From Acidiferrobacterales bacterium (lineage in GTDB: Bacteria; Pseudomonadota; Gammaproteobacteria; Acidiferrobacterales; SPGG2): a stretch of 64,000 nucleotides of DNA. Positions within the stretch are counted from its first letter, which is position 1, and each line of letters opens with the position of its first letter. Positions 50,445-60,428 of the stretch are shown piece by piece. The stretch lies in the NCBI GenBank assembly GCA_046760105.1, contig JBHIDJ010000005.1, positions 4,557 to 68,556 on the forward strand. Reading direction: 5' to 3'. Both the position numbers and the translations under genes were made by a program. The notes beneath the pieces were generated by a model. The model saw only the letters and a list, made by a program, of their open reading frames with translations, was not told the DNA's origin and made no database searches.

Positions 50445-52337
50445 CTACCCGTGCAATCCCGCTTTGCGCAGGCCGTTGAGGAGCTTTTCGAGATGGGCTG
50501 GGTCCTTATAGGGAATAACCTGCTGCATCCGTCGCAACGAGAAGTCAGGAGCCAGGGTAACGAGTTGCTCCACCTCCCACTCGGCATCGTCAATACGTCC
50601 CGCGTGCGCATAACTAGCAGCTAACCACATGCGTGGGCGCTGGGCAACGGGGTTGCGCTCGAGCGCTCTCTCGAAGGCATCGATCGCCTTGTCGTATCGC
50701 CCGAGAGTGAAGTAAATCTCACCAAGGACGTACAAGTAGTCGAGAGGATAGCGCGGATTGAGGCGCATCGCTTTTTCCATCAGCGCCACACTGTCCTTCG
50801 GCGTGCCCGCGTAATGCAAGGTCAATGCGAGCAGGCCGTAGGCGTCCGCATGGTTCGCATCGAGAGCAATCGCCTTTTCCACCTCCTCAATAGCCTCTGC
50901 ATGATGCTTACTGAAGAGGTGCACTTCGCCCAGGACCCAGTGAACCTGAGGGAGTGAGTCGTCGAGAGCGACGGCCCTCTGCGCCAGCTCATGGGCTTGC
51001 TGGAGCGATCGCTCAGGCGTGTCGCTCCAGCCGTCGACAAATTCCCGTGCATAAGTGCGAGCGAGGTTAGCGTAGGCGCGCGCAAACTCCGAGTCGCGCT
51101 CAACGGCTTTTTCGTAGAAACCGCGCGCGCTCAGATTGCTTTCTCTTGTAAGGCGTGAGAATTGCTCAAGACCACGGAGGAGGTAATCGTAGGCTTCCAA
51201 GCTGTCGGTGTATTGTCGCACCAGGCTTTGGCGTTCAGTCTCCGTCAGTCTGATCTCCAGAGCCGAGACGATCTTTGCGGCCACTTCGTCCTGCAATGCA
51301 AACACGTCTGTCAGATTACCGTCGAAGCGATCGGCCCAGACGTGAAATCCGTTAGTCGAGTCGATAAGCTGCGCAGTGATACGCACCTTATCGCCCGCCT
51401 TGCGCACGCTGCCCTCGAGCACATAACGCACGCCGAGTTCGCGACCCACATCCCGGATTTTCACGGGTATGCCTTTGTACGTGAATACCGAGTTTCGGGA
51501 GATAACAAAAAGGCCCGAAAGCTTTGACAGATCAGTAATCAGGTCTTCGGTCATCCCATCGCTGAAGTACTCCTGCTCCGGGTCTCCGCTCATGTTCTGG
51601 AAAGGCAGCACGGCGATGGAAGGCTTCGCGGGAAGCTCAAGCGATGCCCCTTCGGACACACGCTCAATCACGTCAGGGGTAGCGCGTAAATGGAATTGCC
51701 ACAACGCCGCGACGCCAACCACTATCAACAAGGTGGCCATCACGATCAAGACCATTGGCCGCCACTGTTGCAGGCGGGATCTTAGTTTTTTGCGTGCGTC
51801 GGCCGCGTGCGCGTCTATTTGCACATGGAAGGCACGTACCGGCCGAGTAATGTTCTTTACCGACTGCTCACCGATAAACTCGTAAGCGAATGGCAGCTTG
51901 GTTCCGATGGCGTCGTAGACGGTACCGGAAACGCAGATCCCACCGGGTTGTGCGAGACTTTCAAGCCGCGCCGCTACGTTTACTCCATCGCCATAGATCT
52001 CGTTTCGGTCGACGATGACATCGCCTAGATTCACGCCAATGCGAAACTGAAGCTTGCGCTCCTCGGGTAGGTCTTCGTTTCGTGCCTTGAGGTGGCGCTG
52101 GATCTGCGCCGCGCACGTTAGCGCGTCAACGATGCTGCTAAAGTCGGCAAGTACAGCATCGCCGGCAAAGTGCAGAACCTTCCCCCTGTGGTGCTTAATG
52201 GCGGTGGTGATCGTATCGAGATAGGCACTGAGGCGGCGGTGCGTGCCCTCCTCGTCTTCACCGGTCAGCCGACTGTAGCCGGCCACATCAGCATAAAAGA
52301 TCGCCGCAAGCTTGCGTTGCAGATGCTCGTTACTCAT
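50445..52337 (-). CDS. class III adenylate/guanylate cyclase, TM, TolB-N-like and TPR sensor protein
   Basis: N-terminal cyclase domain (AAIFYADVAGYSRL, FAGDAVLADF, RIGVNLGDV), one TM segment, a periplasmic-type module and C-terminal TPR repeats. Start trimmed to ATG 52337. Confidence 0.8.
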   Translation of the reverse strand: MSNEHLQRKLAAIFYADVAGYSRLTGEDEEGTHRRLSAYLDTITTAIKHHRGKVLHFAGDAVLADFSSIVDALTCAAQIQRHLKARNEDLPEERKLQFRIGVNLGDVIVDRNEIYGDGVNVAARLESLAQPGGICVSGTVYDAIGTKLPFAYEFIGEQSVKNITRPVRAFHVQIDAHAADARKKLRSRLQQWRPMVLIVMATLLIVVGVAALWQFHLRATPDVIERVSEGASLELPAKPSIAVLPFQNMSGDPEQEYFSDGMTEDLITDLSKLSGLFVISRNSVFTYKGIPVKIRDVGRELGVRYVLEGSVRKAGDKVRITAQLIDSTNGFHVWADRFDGNLTDVFALQDEVAAKIVSALEIRLTETERQSLVRQYTDSLEAYDYLLRGLEQFSRLTRESNLSARGFYEKAVERDSEFARAYANLARTYAREFVDGWSDTPERSLQQAHELAQRAVALDDSLPQVHWVLGEVHLFSKHHAEAIEEVEKAIALDANHADAYGLLALTLHYAGTPKDSVALMEKAMRLNPRYPLDYLYVLGEIYFTLGRYDKAIDAFERALERNPVAQRPRMWLAASYAHAGRIDDAEWEVEQLVTLAPDFSLRRMQQVIPYKDPAHLEKLLNGLRKAGLHG

Positions 52338-52523
52338 GGGAAATCGTCGCTGTTGGTTCGAGCGAAACGATGATGCTGATCCTACCGCGAGAGGTCTGGG
52401 TGATAAAGCGTGCAAACGAGCTACTTACACGTCAATCGGAAGACATCCCCGGTAAAAACTGGAGTAGCAATCAGAGTAGAAGTGAACCAGGTCGCAGCCA
52501 TGACTCCAGCTACGCCGGTGATG

Positions 52524-53240
52524 CTAGCGAGGCTTGGTGGGTTTCTTGCTCCCCAACTGTTCTGTCAGTTTGGCACGCTCGCCCGTCCTTCGTGTCTGAG
52601 ACGCCGCGCCGCGCTCGGGCAGAGATCGCGGTACCGACCACCCGCAACCACAGGCCGTTGCCGCCACAGAGATCGTCGCACCACATGCGGGACACGTCAT
52701 TGTTTCAAGGTCCTTCGCCGCTTCAACCGCCCTATCCGCCTTGGCCGCTTGTGCAGCTCTGAACGCCGGGCCAGGTCTAGACGTCTGACCTTTAGCTTTT
52801 AGGACCTCTGCAACGATTACCGCTTGCCAGGATTGGTTAACGTTAGCGCTAGCGGTATCAGCAGGTTGGCTGACTTGCGCTGGTGCGCCGATACCTGCCC
52901 CGAGTTTGTTTTCGGCCTCCGCCACCCGGGTGCGCTGTTCAGACAGATCGGCCTGTGCCACCTCCGCATCGAGTTGTGCCACGGCTGCTTCCACCGCTTT
53001 GCGCGCATCATCCTGATCCACATCAGCACGATGGGCGGCCGCTCTGGCCGCTTCTACCGCCTGCTCAAGCCGGGCCGTCAAATACTCTTCAATCAGTTTT
53101 TCCTCTCGAACCGAGAGCTCCAGGGCCAAGCGCGGGTCTTCCAGATAAAGCGGGTTAAACAGGTACCCGCACCCACATTGGACGGCCCCGGCAGCGTTAG
53201 CGGCCCCACATTCGGGGCAGGTTTTTTCAAACTTGCTCAC
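52524..53240 (-). CDS. zinc-ribbon / coiled-coil protein (paralog 2)
   Basis: GTG start 9 nt after GGGAGG. MSKFEKTCPECGAANAAGAVQCGCGYLFNPLYLEDP..REEKLIEEYL.. It has a second ribbon, CPACG..CGCGW, near the C-terminus. Confidence 0.75.
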   Translation of the reverse strand: MSKFEKTCPECGAANAAGAVQCGCGYLFNPLYLEDPRLALELSVREEKLIEEYLTARLEQAVEAARAAAHRADVDQDDARKAVEAAVAQLDAEVAQADLSEQRTRVAEAENKLGAGIGAPAQVSQPADTASANVNQSWQAVIVAEVLKAKGQTSRPGPAFRAAQAAKADRAVEAAKDLETMTCPACGATISVAATACGCGWSVPRSLPERGAASQTRRTGERAKLTEQLGSKKPTKPR

Positions 53241-53630
53241 GCTAAAATGCCTCCCACCGGTTCAGGGGTAGCTAGATGGAGAAGTCTAACGGTAGCGACA
53301 AATGCGCCTTCAGACGGAAAACTGACTTGGAGTGAAGCCGCACACCGGCTCCGTATGGGCGATCCCTGAGGTTTAATGTCCTTCACAATACACCCCTCTA
53401 CAGGCCTATTATAGACCATGAACGACGCTGACCAATGCTAGGGCGCATTAAACTGGCGTTGACGAGGAGCGAATGAGTCGGAAGCGGTGGTTACGGCGTA
53501 CCCCGGTTTGGGCGCCCAGGAGCTTCTTGTGCGCTGCACCACAGGCATCGGCACGCCAGTCGAGGGTCATACAAGCCCAGGTCCTGCGGCAACCAGGAAA
53601 AAACGGGGTTGGTAAAAGACTCGGAAGAAA

Positions 53631-54791
53631 CTACGGGCTCACCAGCCGGTACACATTGCCATTGAACGATAGGATATAGAGCTCGCCGCTCGCATCCTCT
53701 CCGAACGAAGCGACGCTTCCCAGATTGCCTACAGTCCACTCACGCCTGTCGGTGGCGATGCCATTTGCATACACAAAGCTTCGTAGGAAACTGGTACAGA
53801 AGTCGGAGTAAAAATAGTGCCCCTGAAGCCCAGGGATTCGGTTTCCGCGATAGACATAACCCCCGGTGATTGAACAACCTTCACCGTGCCCGTATTCGAG
53901 CGCTGGTACAACAAGACCGCTCGTGTTGCAGGAACTACTACCAAAACAGTGTGCGCCCTCCATGATATTCCAGCCGTAATTCAGACCACCTGCGGTATTC
54001 GATGCGACGCTGACCTCTTCCCAACTACTCTGTCCCACATCCGCGATAAATATTAAATCAGCCTGACGATCGAAAGACAGGCGCCAAGGGTTTCTAAGCC
54101 CATAGGCCCAGATTTCGGCACGCGCATTCGGATTCCCCACAAACGGATTATCAGACGGGATCGCATAGGGATTGCCCGCATCCACATCGATTCGCAGCAG
54201 GGCGCCGTGCAATGTATTCAGATCTTGACCGTTACCGAGAGGATCACCGCCGCCGCCGCCATCGCCCATGGCTATGTACAACATGCCATCCGTGCCGAAC
54301 AGAATGAGTCCGCCATTATGGTTGGAGAACGGCTGTGTTACCGAAAGAATCAGTCGGTCCGGATTTGGATTAGCAATATTAGGATTTGCACTTACGCTGT
54401 AACGCTCAACACGTGTATCCCCGTTTGTGTCGGTATAGTTGACATAGAAATAACCGTTGGATACGTATTCAGGATGGAACGCTAGGCTGAATAACCCCCG
54501 CTCACCGCCACTCGACACCCTATTCGAGATGTCCAGAAACGGCGTCGCCAACAGCTGGCCGTTTTCGACAATACGGATGCGACCTTGTTGTTCAACGATT
54601 AACAATCGGGGATCCGAGGATGGTGCAGTGAGGTATAGCGGATCAGCGAGCCCACTTGCTACTACCTCGACCGCGAGTTCTCCCGTGAACACCGGGGGAC
54701 CGTTGCCGCCAGATGAACCGCCGCCGCACGCACTCAACCCCAGAAGACACAGGATGACTAATGCCGAACGTTTAATAATGGAACTCTCCAC
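53631..54791 (-). CDS. PQQ-dependent sugar (glucose/sorbosone) dehydrogenase-family lipoprotein
   Basis: Lipobox LLGLSA-C. Beta-propeller motifs ..GERGLFSLAFHPEY.., QPFSNHNGG.., GDGGGGGDP..NGQ...L.G..LRIDV. Confidence 0.82.
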   Translation of the reverse strand: MESSIIKRSALVILCLLGLSACGGGSSGGNGPPVFTGELAVEVVASGLADPLYLTAPSSDPRLLIVEQQGRIRIVENGQLLATPFLDISNRVSSGGERGLFSLAFHPEYVSNGYFYVNYTDTNGDTRVERYSVSANPNIANPNPDRLILSVTQPFSNHNGGLILFGTDGMLYIAMGDGGGGGDPLGNGQDLNTLHGALLRIDVDAGNPYAIPSDNPFVGNPNARAEIWAYGLRNPWRLSFDRQADLIFIADVGQSSWEEVSVASNTAGGLNYGWNIMEGAHCFGSSSCNTSGLVVPALEYGHGEGCSITGGYVYRGNRIPGLQGHYFYSDFCTSFLRSFVYANGIATDRREWTVGNLGSVASFGEDASGELYILSFNGNVYRLVSP

Positions 54792-54915
54792 TCCTCCTCC
54801 TAAGGACCGGTGAACCCCATCTTATTTCGCATAAGGTTGCCGGTCCAGCAAAATAAGTCTGTTCCCTGATTGGCGCCTTGTTCGATCTGACAGCAGCACG
54901 CCGACCCAAGAACGG

Positions 54916-55581
54916 CTATTCGCGTTTGATGGGGCCGCTCATCTCTACTTCCTCGATGAAGACAGGGTCCTCATCGACCTTTGTTTGCAGCGGCAACAGA
55001 TTCAGCTTGCGCACGGTAGCACTTACGACCTTTTCGGCCTTGGCGGCTTGCGCCGCCTTAAACGCTGGGCCAGGTTGCTCGCGAGAAGTTACCGATGCCT
55101 CGCCTTCCAGTTGACTTCCGGTCTCGCGCAAGCTTGCTGCCTTCAGCGCCTCAGTGACAACAATCGTTCGCCAGGAGCTTCGGTTCGGAGCGCTAGATCG
55201 GACGCCATTAGAATCGCTCAGTTGATCGACGTCAGCGATATGTGCACGCAGTCGAGCTTCCGCAGCGCGAGCGCGTTGTTCAACAACTCCGGCCTTGGCG
55301 GCCCTGGCGGCGCGCTGAGCACGGGTGGCCATTAACAGTTTGCGTTCACTTTGCGGGTCTTGCAAGACAGCTTGTACCGCTTCCTTGGCAACCTCGACCG
55401 CCTGTTCGGCACGCGCAGCCAGATACTCTTCAATGAGCTGTTCTTCCCGCGCGGCCTGCTCCAGGGCCAACTGCGGATCTTCCAGATACAGCGGGTTAAA
55501 GACATAGCCGCAAGCACAATGAACAGCGGCGGCAGAGTTCGTGGCCTCACACTCAGGGCAAGCCTTATCGAAGGTACTCAA
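54916..55581 (-). CDS. zinc-ribbon / coiled-coil protein (paralog 3)
   Basis: Start trimmed from 55692 to TTG 55581 (AGGA 7 nt upstream), so the N-terminus MSTFDKACPECEATNSAAAVHCACGYVFNPLYLEDP..REEQLIEEYL aligns residue-for-residue with paralog 2. Confidence 0.7.
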   Translation of the reverse strand: MSTFDKACPECEATNSAAAVHCACGYVFNPLYLEDPQLALEQAAREEQLIEEYLAARAEQAVEVAKEAVQAVLQDPQSERKLLMATRAQRAARAAKAGVVEQRARAAEARLRAHIADVDQLSDSNGVRSSAPNRSSWRTIVVTEALKAASLRETGSQLEGEASVTSREQPGPAFKAAQAAKAEKVVSATVRKLNLLPLQTKVDEDPVFIEEVEMSGPIKRE

Positions 55582-55853
55582 ATCGATGTCCTCACGCCAG
55601 GTTAAAAGCCCTTGACCTGTGTTTGAACCAATGCGGGTTAACAAGCGAGGATGCTGGGTGGTCGGGGCGCCGATGTACGCGGCACAACTCATTCCCTGAG
55701 GCAGTTGTCCTGCATGAAGAACCCGTCCATAGGTCTTTCCTCACTTAACTATGGCACACGCGCGTTAAGGCGACAGCGGCTCCGGATAATCGCCGAAGAT
55801 TATCGGACAAATGGTCTTAAATACGTGTACTTACGTGATTCCAGAGATCGCAA

Positions 55854-56081
55854 TCACGATGCAGGCTTGTCGCCGCTCCCAGGCACAGCCGCCTCAGCTG
55901 CTTGGAATCCGACCCTTGAATGGGTCCCATCACAGAACGGTTTGGTGGTTGAACCGCCGCAGCGACACAAGGCGAATGGGCGCCGCATGACCTGATACTC
56001 ATTGCCGTTCCAGTCGACCAGCTGTACGTCATCACCTTCCACGAGATACGGTCCGTTTTGCTTAACAGTAATCTTGATCAT
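55854..56081 (-). CDS. CDGSH iron-sulfur domain protein
   Basis: 75 aa with CRCGGSTTKPFCDGTHS (the C-x-C-x2-S/T-x3-P-x-CDG-S/T-H signature). Confidence 0.88.
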   Translation of the reverse strand: MIKITVKQNGPYLVEGDDVQLVDWNGNEYQVMRRPFALCRCGGSTTKPFCDGTHSRVGFQAAEAAVPGSGDKPAS

Positions 56082-56171
56082 CTTATCCCCCTTTCACCCC
56101 TCCCTGACCCTCCCCATTCTGGGGAGGGAACAGCAAAGAATGTGCTAACCTTCTTCACCACGAGGAAGGAG

Positions 56172-57851
56172 CTATTCATCGGTTACACAACCTTCGCTCG
56201 CATTCTTGACATTCTTTATATACTTGAACAACGTGCCGCGTGTTGCCTTGTAAGCTGGCATTGTCCATGCTGCACGACGTTTTGCCATTTCTTCATCACT
56301 GATATCAACCGCAAGGGTATTGTTACCGGCGTCGATGGTTATGACGTCGCCATCTCTAACCAACGCAATGGGACCGCCTTCCTGTGCCTCGGGCACAATG
56401 TGACCAATGATGAGGCCGTGCGAACCTCCCGAAAAACGTCCGTCCGTAATAAGCGCGACGTCTTGACCCAACCCTGCTCCCATGATCGCGGATGTGGGTG
56501 TGAGCATCTCGGGCATGCCAGGACCACCTTTCGGTCCCTCATAGCGAATGACAATTACGTCGCCCTTGCCGATCTCGTTGCGCTCGAGCGCTCCGAGCAT
56601 GTCCTCTTCCGAATCGTAAACCTTGGCTGGCCCGGAAAAGCGTTCGCCCTCCTTGCCAGTAATCTTCGCTACCGCACCGCCGGGTGCGAGATTACCCCGC
56701 AAGATCTGGATATGACCGGTTTTCTTCGTTGGATGGTCAAGCGAATGAATGACATCCTGATCTTCCTTGAGTCCGGGTACACCCGCCAAGTTCTCGGCGA
56801 CCGTGCGCCCAGTCACAGTAAGACAGTCGCCGTTGAGTAGACCCTGTTCCAGCAAGTACTTCATGACTGCAGGAACCCCGCCCACATTATGCAGGTCTTC
56901 CATCACGTACTTGCCACTGGGCTTGAGGTCTCCCAGGTAGGGCACGCGGTCGCTTACGGCCTGGAAGTCGTCAATCGCGAGCGCCACGTCCACCGCACGG
57001 GCCATCGCGATCAAATGCAACACCGCATTGGTGGAGCCGCCTAGCACCATGACTATCACCATCGCGTTCTCGAACGCCTCGCGCGTCATGATATCTCGCG
57101 GCTTAATGTCCTTCTCGAGAAGGGTGCAGATAGCCTCCCCCGCCTGATAACACTCTTCCAGCTTTTTTGGATCAACCGCCGGCGTGGACGAACTGTGAGG
57201 TAGTGACATACCCAAGGCCTCGATTGCGGAGGCCATGGTGTTTGCCGTGTACATGCCACCACACGCACCGGGTCCGGGGCAGGCGTTTCGCACAATCGCC
57301 TGGCGGCTGTCCTCGTCTATCTTACCCGCGATGAACTCACCATAGCTTTGAAACGCCGATACCACGTCCAGCGTTCGATTATCCCAATACCCAGGCTTTA
57401 TCGTTCCACCATATATCATAAGCGCAGGACGGTTGAGCCGGCCCATGGCCATCACACAACCTGGCATGTTCTTATCGCATCCGGGTATCGAGATATTGGC
57501 GTCGTACCACTGACCACTCATCACGGTCTCGATCGAATCGGCAATAAGATCACGCGACTGCAACGAGAAACTCATGCCATCTGTACCCATGGTAATGCCG
57601 TCGCTCACGCCCACAGTGTTGAAGCGCATACCCACCAAACCAGCGGCGACCACTCCTTCCTTGACCTTCGCCGCTAGATCGTTCAGGTGCATGTTGCAGG
57701 TATTGCCCTCCCACCAGACAGTAGCGATACCGACCTCCGGCTTGTTCATGTCCTCATCGGTCATGCCGGTGCCGTAGAGCATGGCCTGGGAGGCCCCCTG
57801 AGATTTGACTTGAGTGATACGGGAGCTGAATTTATTCAGTTGTCGGGCCAT
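56172..57851 (-). CDS. ilvD: dihydroxy-acid dehydratase
   Basis: 559 aa with [17 protein letters not shown] and a C-terminal ..ASEGCVTDE. Colinear with short-form IlvD. Confidence 0.95.
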   Translation of the reverse strand: MARQLNKFSSRITQVKSQGASQAMLYGTGMTDEDMNKPEVGIATVWWEGNTCNMHLNDLAAKVKEGVVAAGLVGMRFNTVGVSDGITMGTDGMSFSLQSRDLIADSIETVMSGQWYDANISIPGCDKNMPGCVMAMGRLNRPALMIYGGTIKPGYWDNRTLDVVSAFQSYGEFIAGKIDEDSRQAIVRNACPGPGACGGMYTANTMASAIEALGMSLPHSSSTPAVDPKKLEECYQAGEAICTLLEKDIKPRDIMTREAFENAMVIVMVLGGSTNAVLHLIAMARAVDVALAIDDFQAVSDRVPYLGDLKPSGKYVMEDLHNVGGVPAVMKYLLEQGLLNGDCLTVTGRTVAENLAGVPGLKEDQDVIHSLDHPTKKTGHIQILRGNLAPGGAVAKITGKEGERFSGPAKVYDSEEDMLGALERNEIGKGDVIVIRYEGPKGGPGMPEMLTPTSAIMGAGLGQDVALITDGRFSGGSHGLIIGHIVPEAQEGGPIALVRDGDVITIDAGNNTLAVDISDEEMAKRRAAWTMPAYKATRGTLFKYIKNVKNASEGCVTDE

Positions 57852-58315
57852 CGTTTTCTCCGCAGGTTTCTACCAAAAAAGGACGTGGTCCAATGTATCT
57901 CCCCCCAACGGTGCCGCCGGAGACAGCGACTGCGAGCACTTAGGACCAGACAGTCCAGACGCGGGGGACCGGTAAGCTACTATCATACCACCGTTTTTTA
58001 GCGCTGATATTGCGATCGCCTATGTTCGCGGTGACGTCTCGTCTACATACCAGTCGATCGCTTGCAGGATGACGTTACCACCGGATCGGTAAAAAATACG
58101 GTCGATTTGCAGGGCACAGCTCTCATCTAAAAATAACTCCGAGCTCATTATCCTTCCAAAAAGAGAATGGAAGATTTATGGCGTCTAACCGTCGATGGCC
58201 ATATATTACAAGTATCTGATAGCGGCTCCGCACTCATACGACGAGCGCTAAGGCTACGACAACTCATCGTTACCGTGTTATTGTTTCGGCCGCACAAAGC
58301 AGTCATTGTCGCGCC

Positions 58316-59053
58316 GTGACGGAAGAACGAATCCGCCTGTCAAAACTTATGACCGATCAGGGGTTGTGCTCCCGGCGCGAGGCCGATGCGTTCATCGAAC
58401 GCGGCTGGGTATATGTCGATGGGAAGAGAATCAGGACACTCGGCACTAAAATCTTTCCAAGTCAGGTCATCACACTGAATAAGCAGGCCCGTGCCTGGCA
58501 AACGCAGACGGTTACGATCTTACTCAACAAGCCCGTCGGCTATGTGTCAGGTCAAGCCGAAAAAGGGTATCGATCGGCAGCTTCGTTAATCAATAAAGAA
58601 AACAGGTTTCGGGGTGATTCTAGCAGCCAACAGTTTCGTGCGGCGCACCTAAAAAGCCTCGCTCCCGCGGGGAGACTCGACATCGACTCGGCCGGCCTTT
58701 TGGTTCTAACCCAGGATGGTCGCATTGCGAGGCAACTAGTCGGCAGGAACAAATCAACTGAAAAGGAATATCTAGTGCGTGTACAGGGCGACTTGAGCAA
58801 GAAAGGCTTAGCGTTGTTACGCCACGGCTTGTCGCTTGATGGCAAGCCGTTAGCGCCGGCTGGCGTCTCTTGGGTCAACCAAGATCAACTTAAGTTCATC
58901 CTGACGGAAGGGAGAAAACGGCAGATCCGGCGTATGTGTGAGCAAGTTGGCCTCAAAGTAACGGCTTTAAAGCGCGTGCGCATCGGCAATGTGCGACTAG
59001 CCAATCTACCAGTGGGTCAGTGGCGCTATCTCGGCGCAGGCGAAGATTTCTGA
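58316..59053 (+). CDS. rluF: RsuA/RluF-family rRNA pseudouridine synthase
   Basis: S4 domain ([21 protein letters not shown]), catalytic [22 protein letters not shown] and [11 protein letters not shown]. Closest in pattern to RluF. Confidence 0.7.
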   Translation: MTEERIRLSKLMTDQGLCSRREADAFIERGWVYVDGKRIRTLGTKIFPSQVITLNKQARAWQTQTVTILLNKPVGYVSGQAEKGYRSAASLINKENRFRGDSSSQQFRAAHLKSLAPAGRLDIDSAGLLVLTQDGRIARQLVGRNKSTEKEYLVRVQGDLSKKGLALLRHGLSLDGKPLAPAGVSWVNQDQLKFILTEGRKRQIRRMCEQVGLKVTALKRVRIGNVRLANLPVGQWRYLGAGEDF

Positions 59054-59128
59054 TGTTGGCGCGTGTGGATTTAACATGCCTTCACTTTCGCCGGTGGACT
59101 GTGGCATTCATTATGAGGCAATAACGAA

Positions 59129-60238
59129 TTGTATAAGCTCTTGCGCCCGCTATTATTTCTGCTCGATGCAGAACGTAGTCACCAATTTGCATTTCTGCTG
59201 TTGCGCATTGCCTACCTGATACCCGGCATCGGGGCGCTTGTGCGCTTACTACTCGCGCGGCGCACACCGCAACTGCCGGTCGAAGTAATGGGCCTGCACT
59301 TCCCAAACCCAGTGGGTCTGGCTGCTGGCCTCGACAAGAATGCACGATACGTTCGTGAATTAACGGATTTCGGTTTCGGTTGGTTGGAACTTGGCACGGT
59401 CACACCCCGGCCGCAACCAGGTAACCCTAAGAAGCGTCTGTTCCGCATCATCAGTCACGCCGCACTTATCAACCGTATGGGTTTCAACAATGTCGGCGTA
59501 GATACATTCGTCCGTAATCTACGGCGAAAGGCCAAGTCCGGGATTATCGGGATAAACATCGGCAAAAACGGAGAGACCTCCACCGAACGGGCGGTTGATG
59601 ACTATCTGGAGGCTCTTCGGGTCGTGTACCCCTATGCCGACTACGTTGTCATTAATGTCTCCTCTCCCAACACCCCCGGCCTACGTGATCTGCAGGCGCA
59701 GGAGAAACTCAATGAGCTTTTGCGCCGCTTGAAACAGGAGCAAGCGGCACTGCAAAAAACGCGCGGCATATATGTTCCCATGACGATCAAAATTGCACCC
59801 GATTTGGACGAGAACCAGATCGCGGCTATCGCGAAGATGGCACGCGACCATAAACTCGATGCCGTTATCGCCACCAATACCACCCTGTCTCGTCCAGGTA
59901 TGGAAGGCGTGCTGCAGGCGAGTGAGGAGGGAGGTCTGAGCGGCCGGCCGTTGAAGGCACTGTCCACGGAGGTAATCCGACGGCTCTACGGCCATCTACG
60001 CGGTACGGTGCCCATCATTGGTGTCGGCGGTGTCGAAAGCGCCGCTGATGCTTGGGACAAACTCGTGGCCGGCGCTGATTTGCTGCAGATTTACACCGTG
60101 CTCACCTATGACGGTCCAGGGATCGTACGAAAGATCGTCTCGGGGCTCGCCGAACGCGTGAGGAGCTCAGGCTGCGCCAAGTTGGTGGACGCCGTAGCCA
60201 AGGCCCGCATGGAAAAACAAGTAGGAAGTGTCAAGTAA
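59129..60238 (+). CDS. pyrD: dihydroorotate dehydrogenase (quinone)
   Basis: Colinear with E. coli PyrD (GLAAGLDKN, GTVTPRPQPGN, NRMGFNN, NISSPNTPGLR, GGLSGRPL, IGVGG). TTG start. Confidence 0.93.
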   Translation: MYKLLRPLLFLLDAERSHQFAFLLLRIAYLIPGIGALVRLLLARRTPQLPVEVMGLHFPNPVGLAAGLDKNARYVRELTDFGFGWLELGTVTPRPQPGNPKKRLFRIISHAALINRMGFNNVGVDTFVRNLRRKAKSGIIGINIGKNGETSTERAVDDYLEALRVVYPYADYVVINVSSPNTPGLRDLQAQEKLNELLRRLKQEQAALQKTRGIYVPMTIKIAPDLDENQIAAIAKMARDHKLDAVIATNTTLSRPGMEGVLQASEEGGLSGRPLKALSTEVIRRLYGHLRGTVPIIGVGGVESAADAWDKLVAGADLLQIYTVLTYDGPGIVRKIVSGLAERVRSSGCAKLVDAVAKARMEKQVGSVK

Positions 60239-60370
60239 GAGGTGGCAAATACAGTGTAAACAAACAGAGTCGTCTTGGTTTCGACTCAAAACTCGCCACT
60301 ACACCGCTTCAAAATTCTAACAAGTAAATCGTAGGTCACTTGTTTCGTAAACAGCTAAGGACGCTTCACA

Positions 60371-60428
60371 AATCACGGTTCACGACTAACGCTTAACGGT
60401 TCACGGATAACGACTCACGATTAACGCA
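60371..60428. repeat. short direct repeats with about 21-nt spacing
   Basis: ACGGTTCACG(A/G)(C/A)TAACG occurs at ~60375 and ~60396, and TCACGA(C/T)TAACGC at ~60382 and ~60415. They lie between convergent pyrD and the oxidoreductase gene and touch the latter's stop. Confidence 0.55.
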
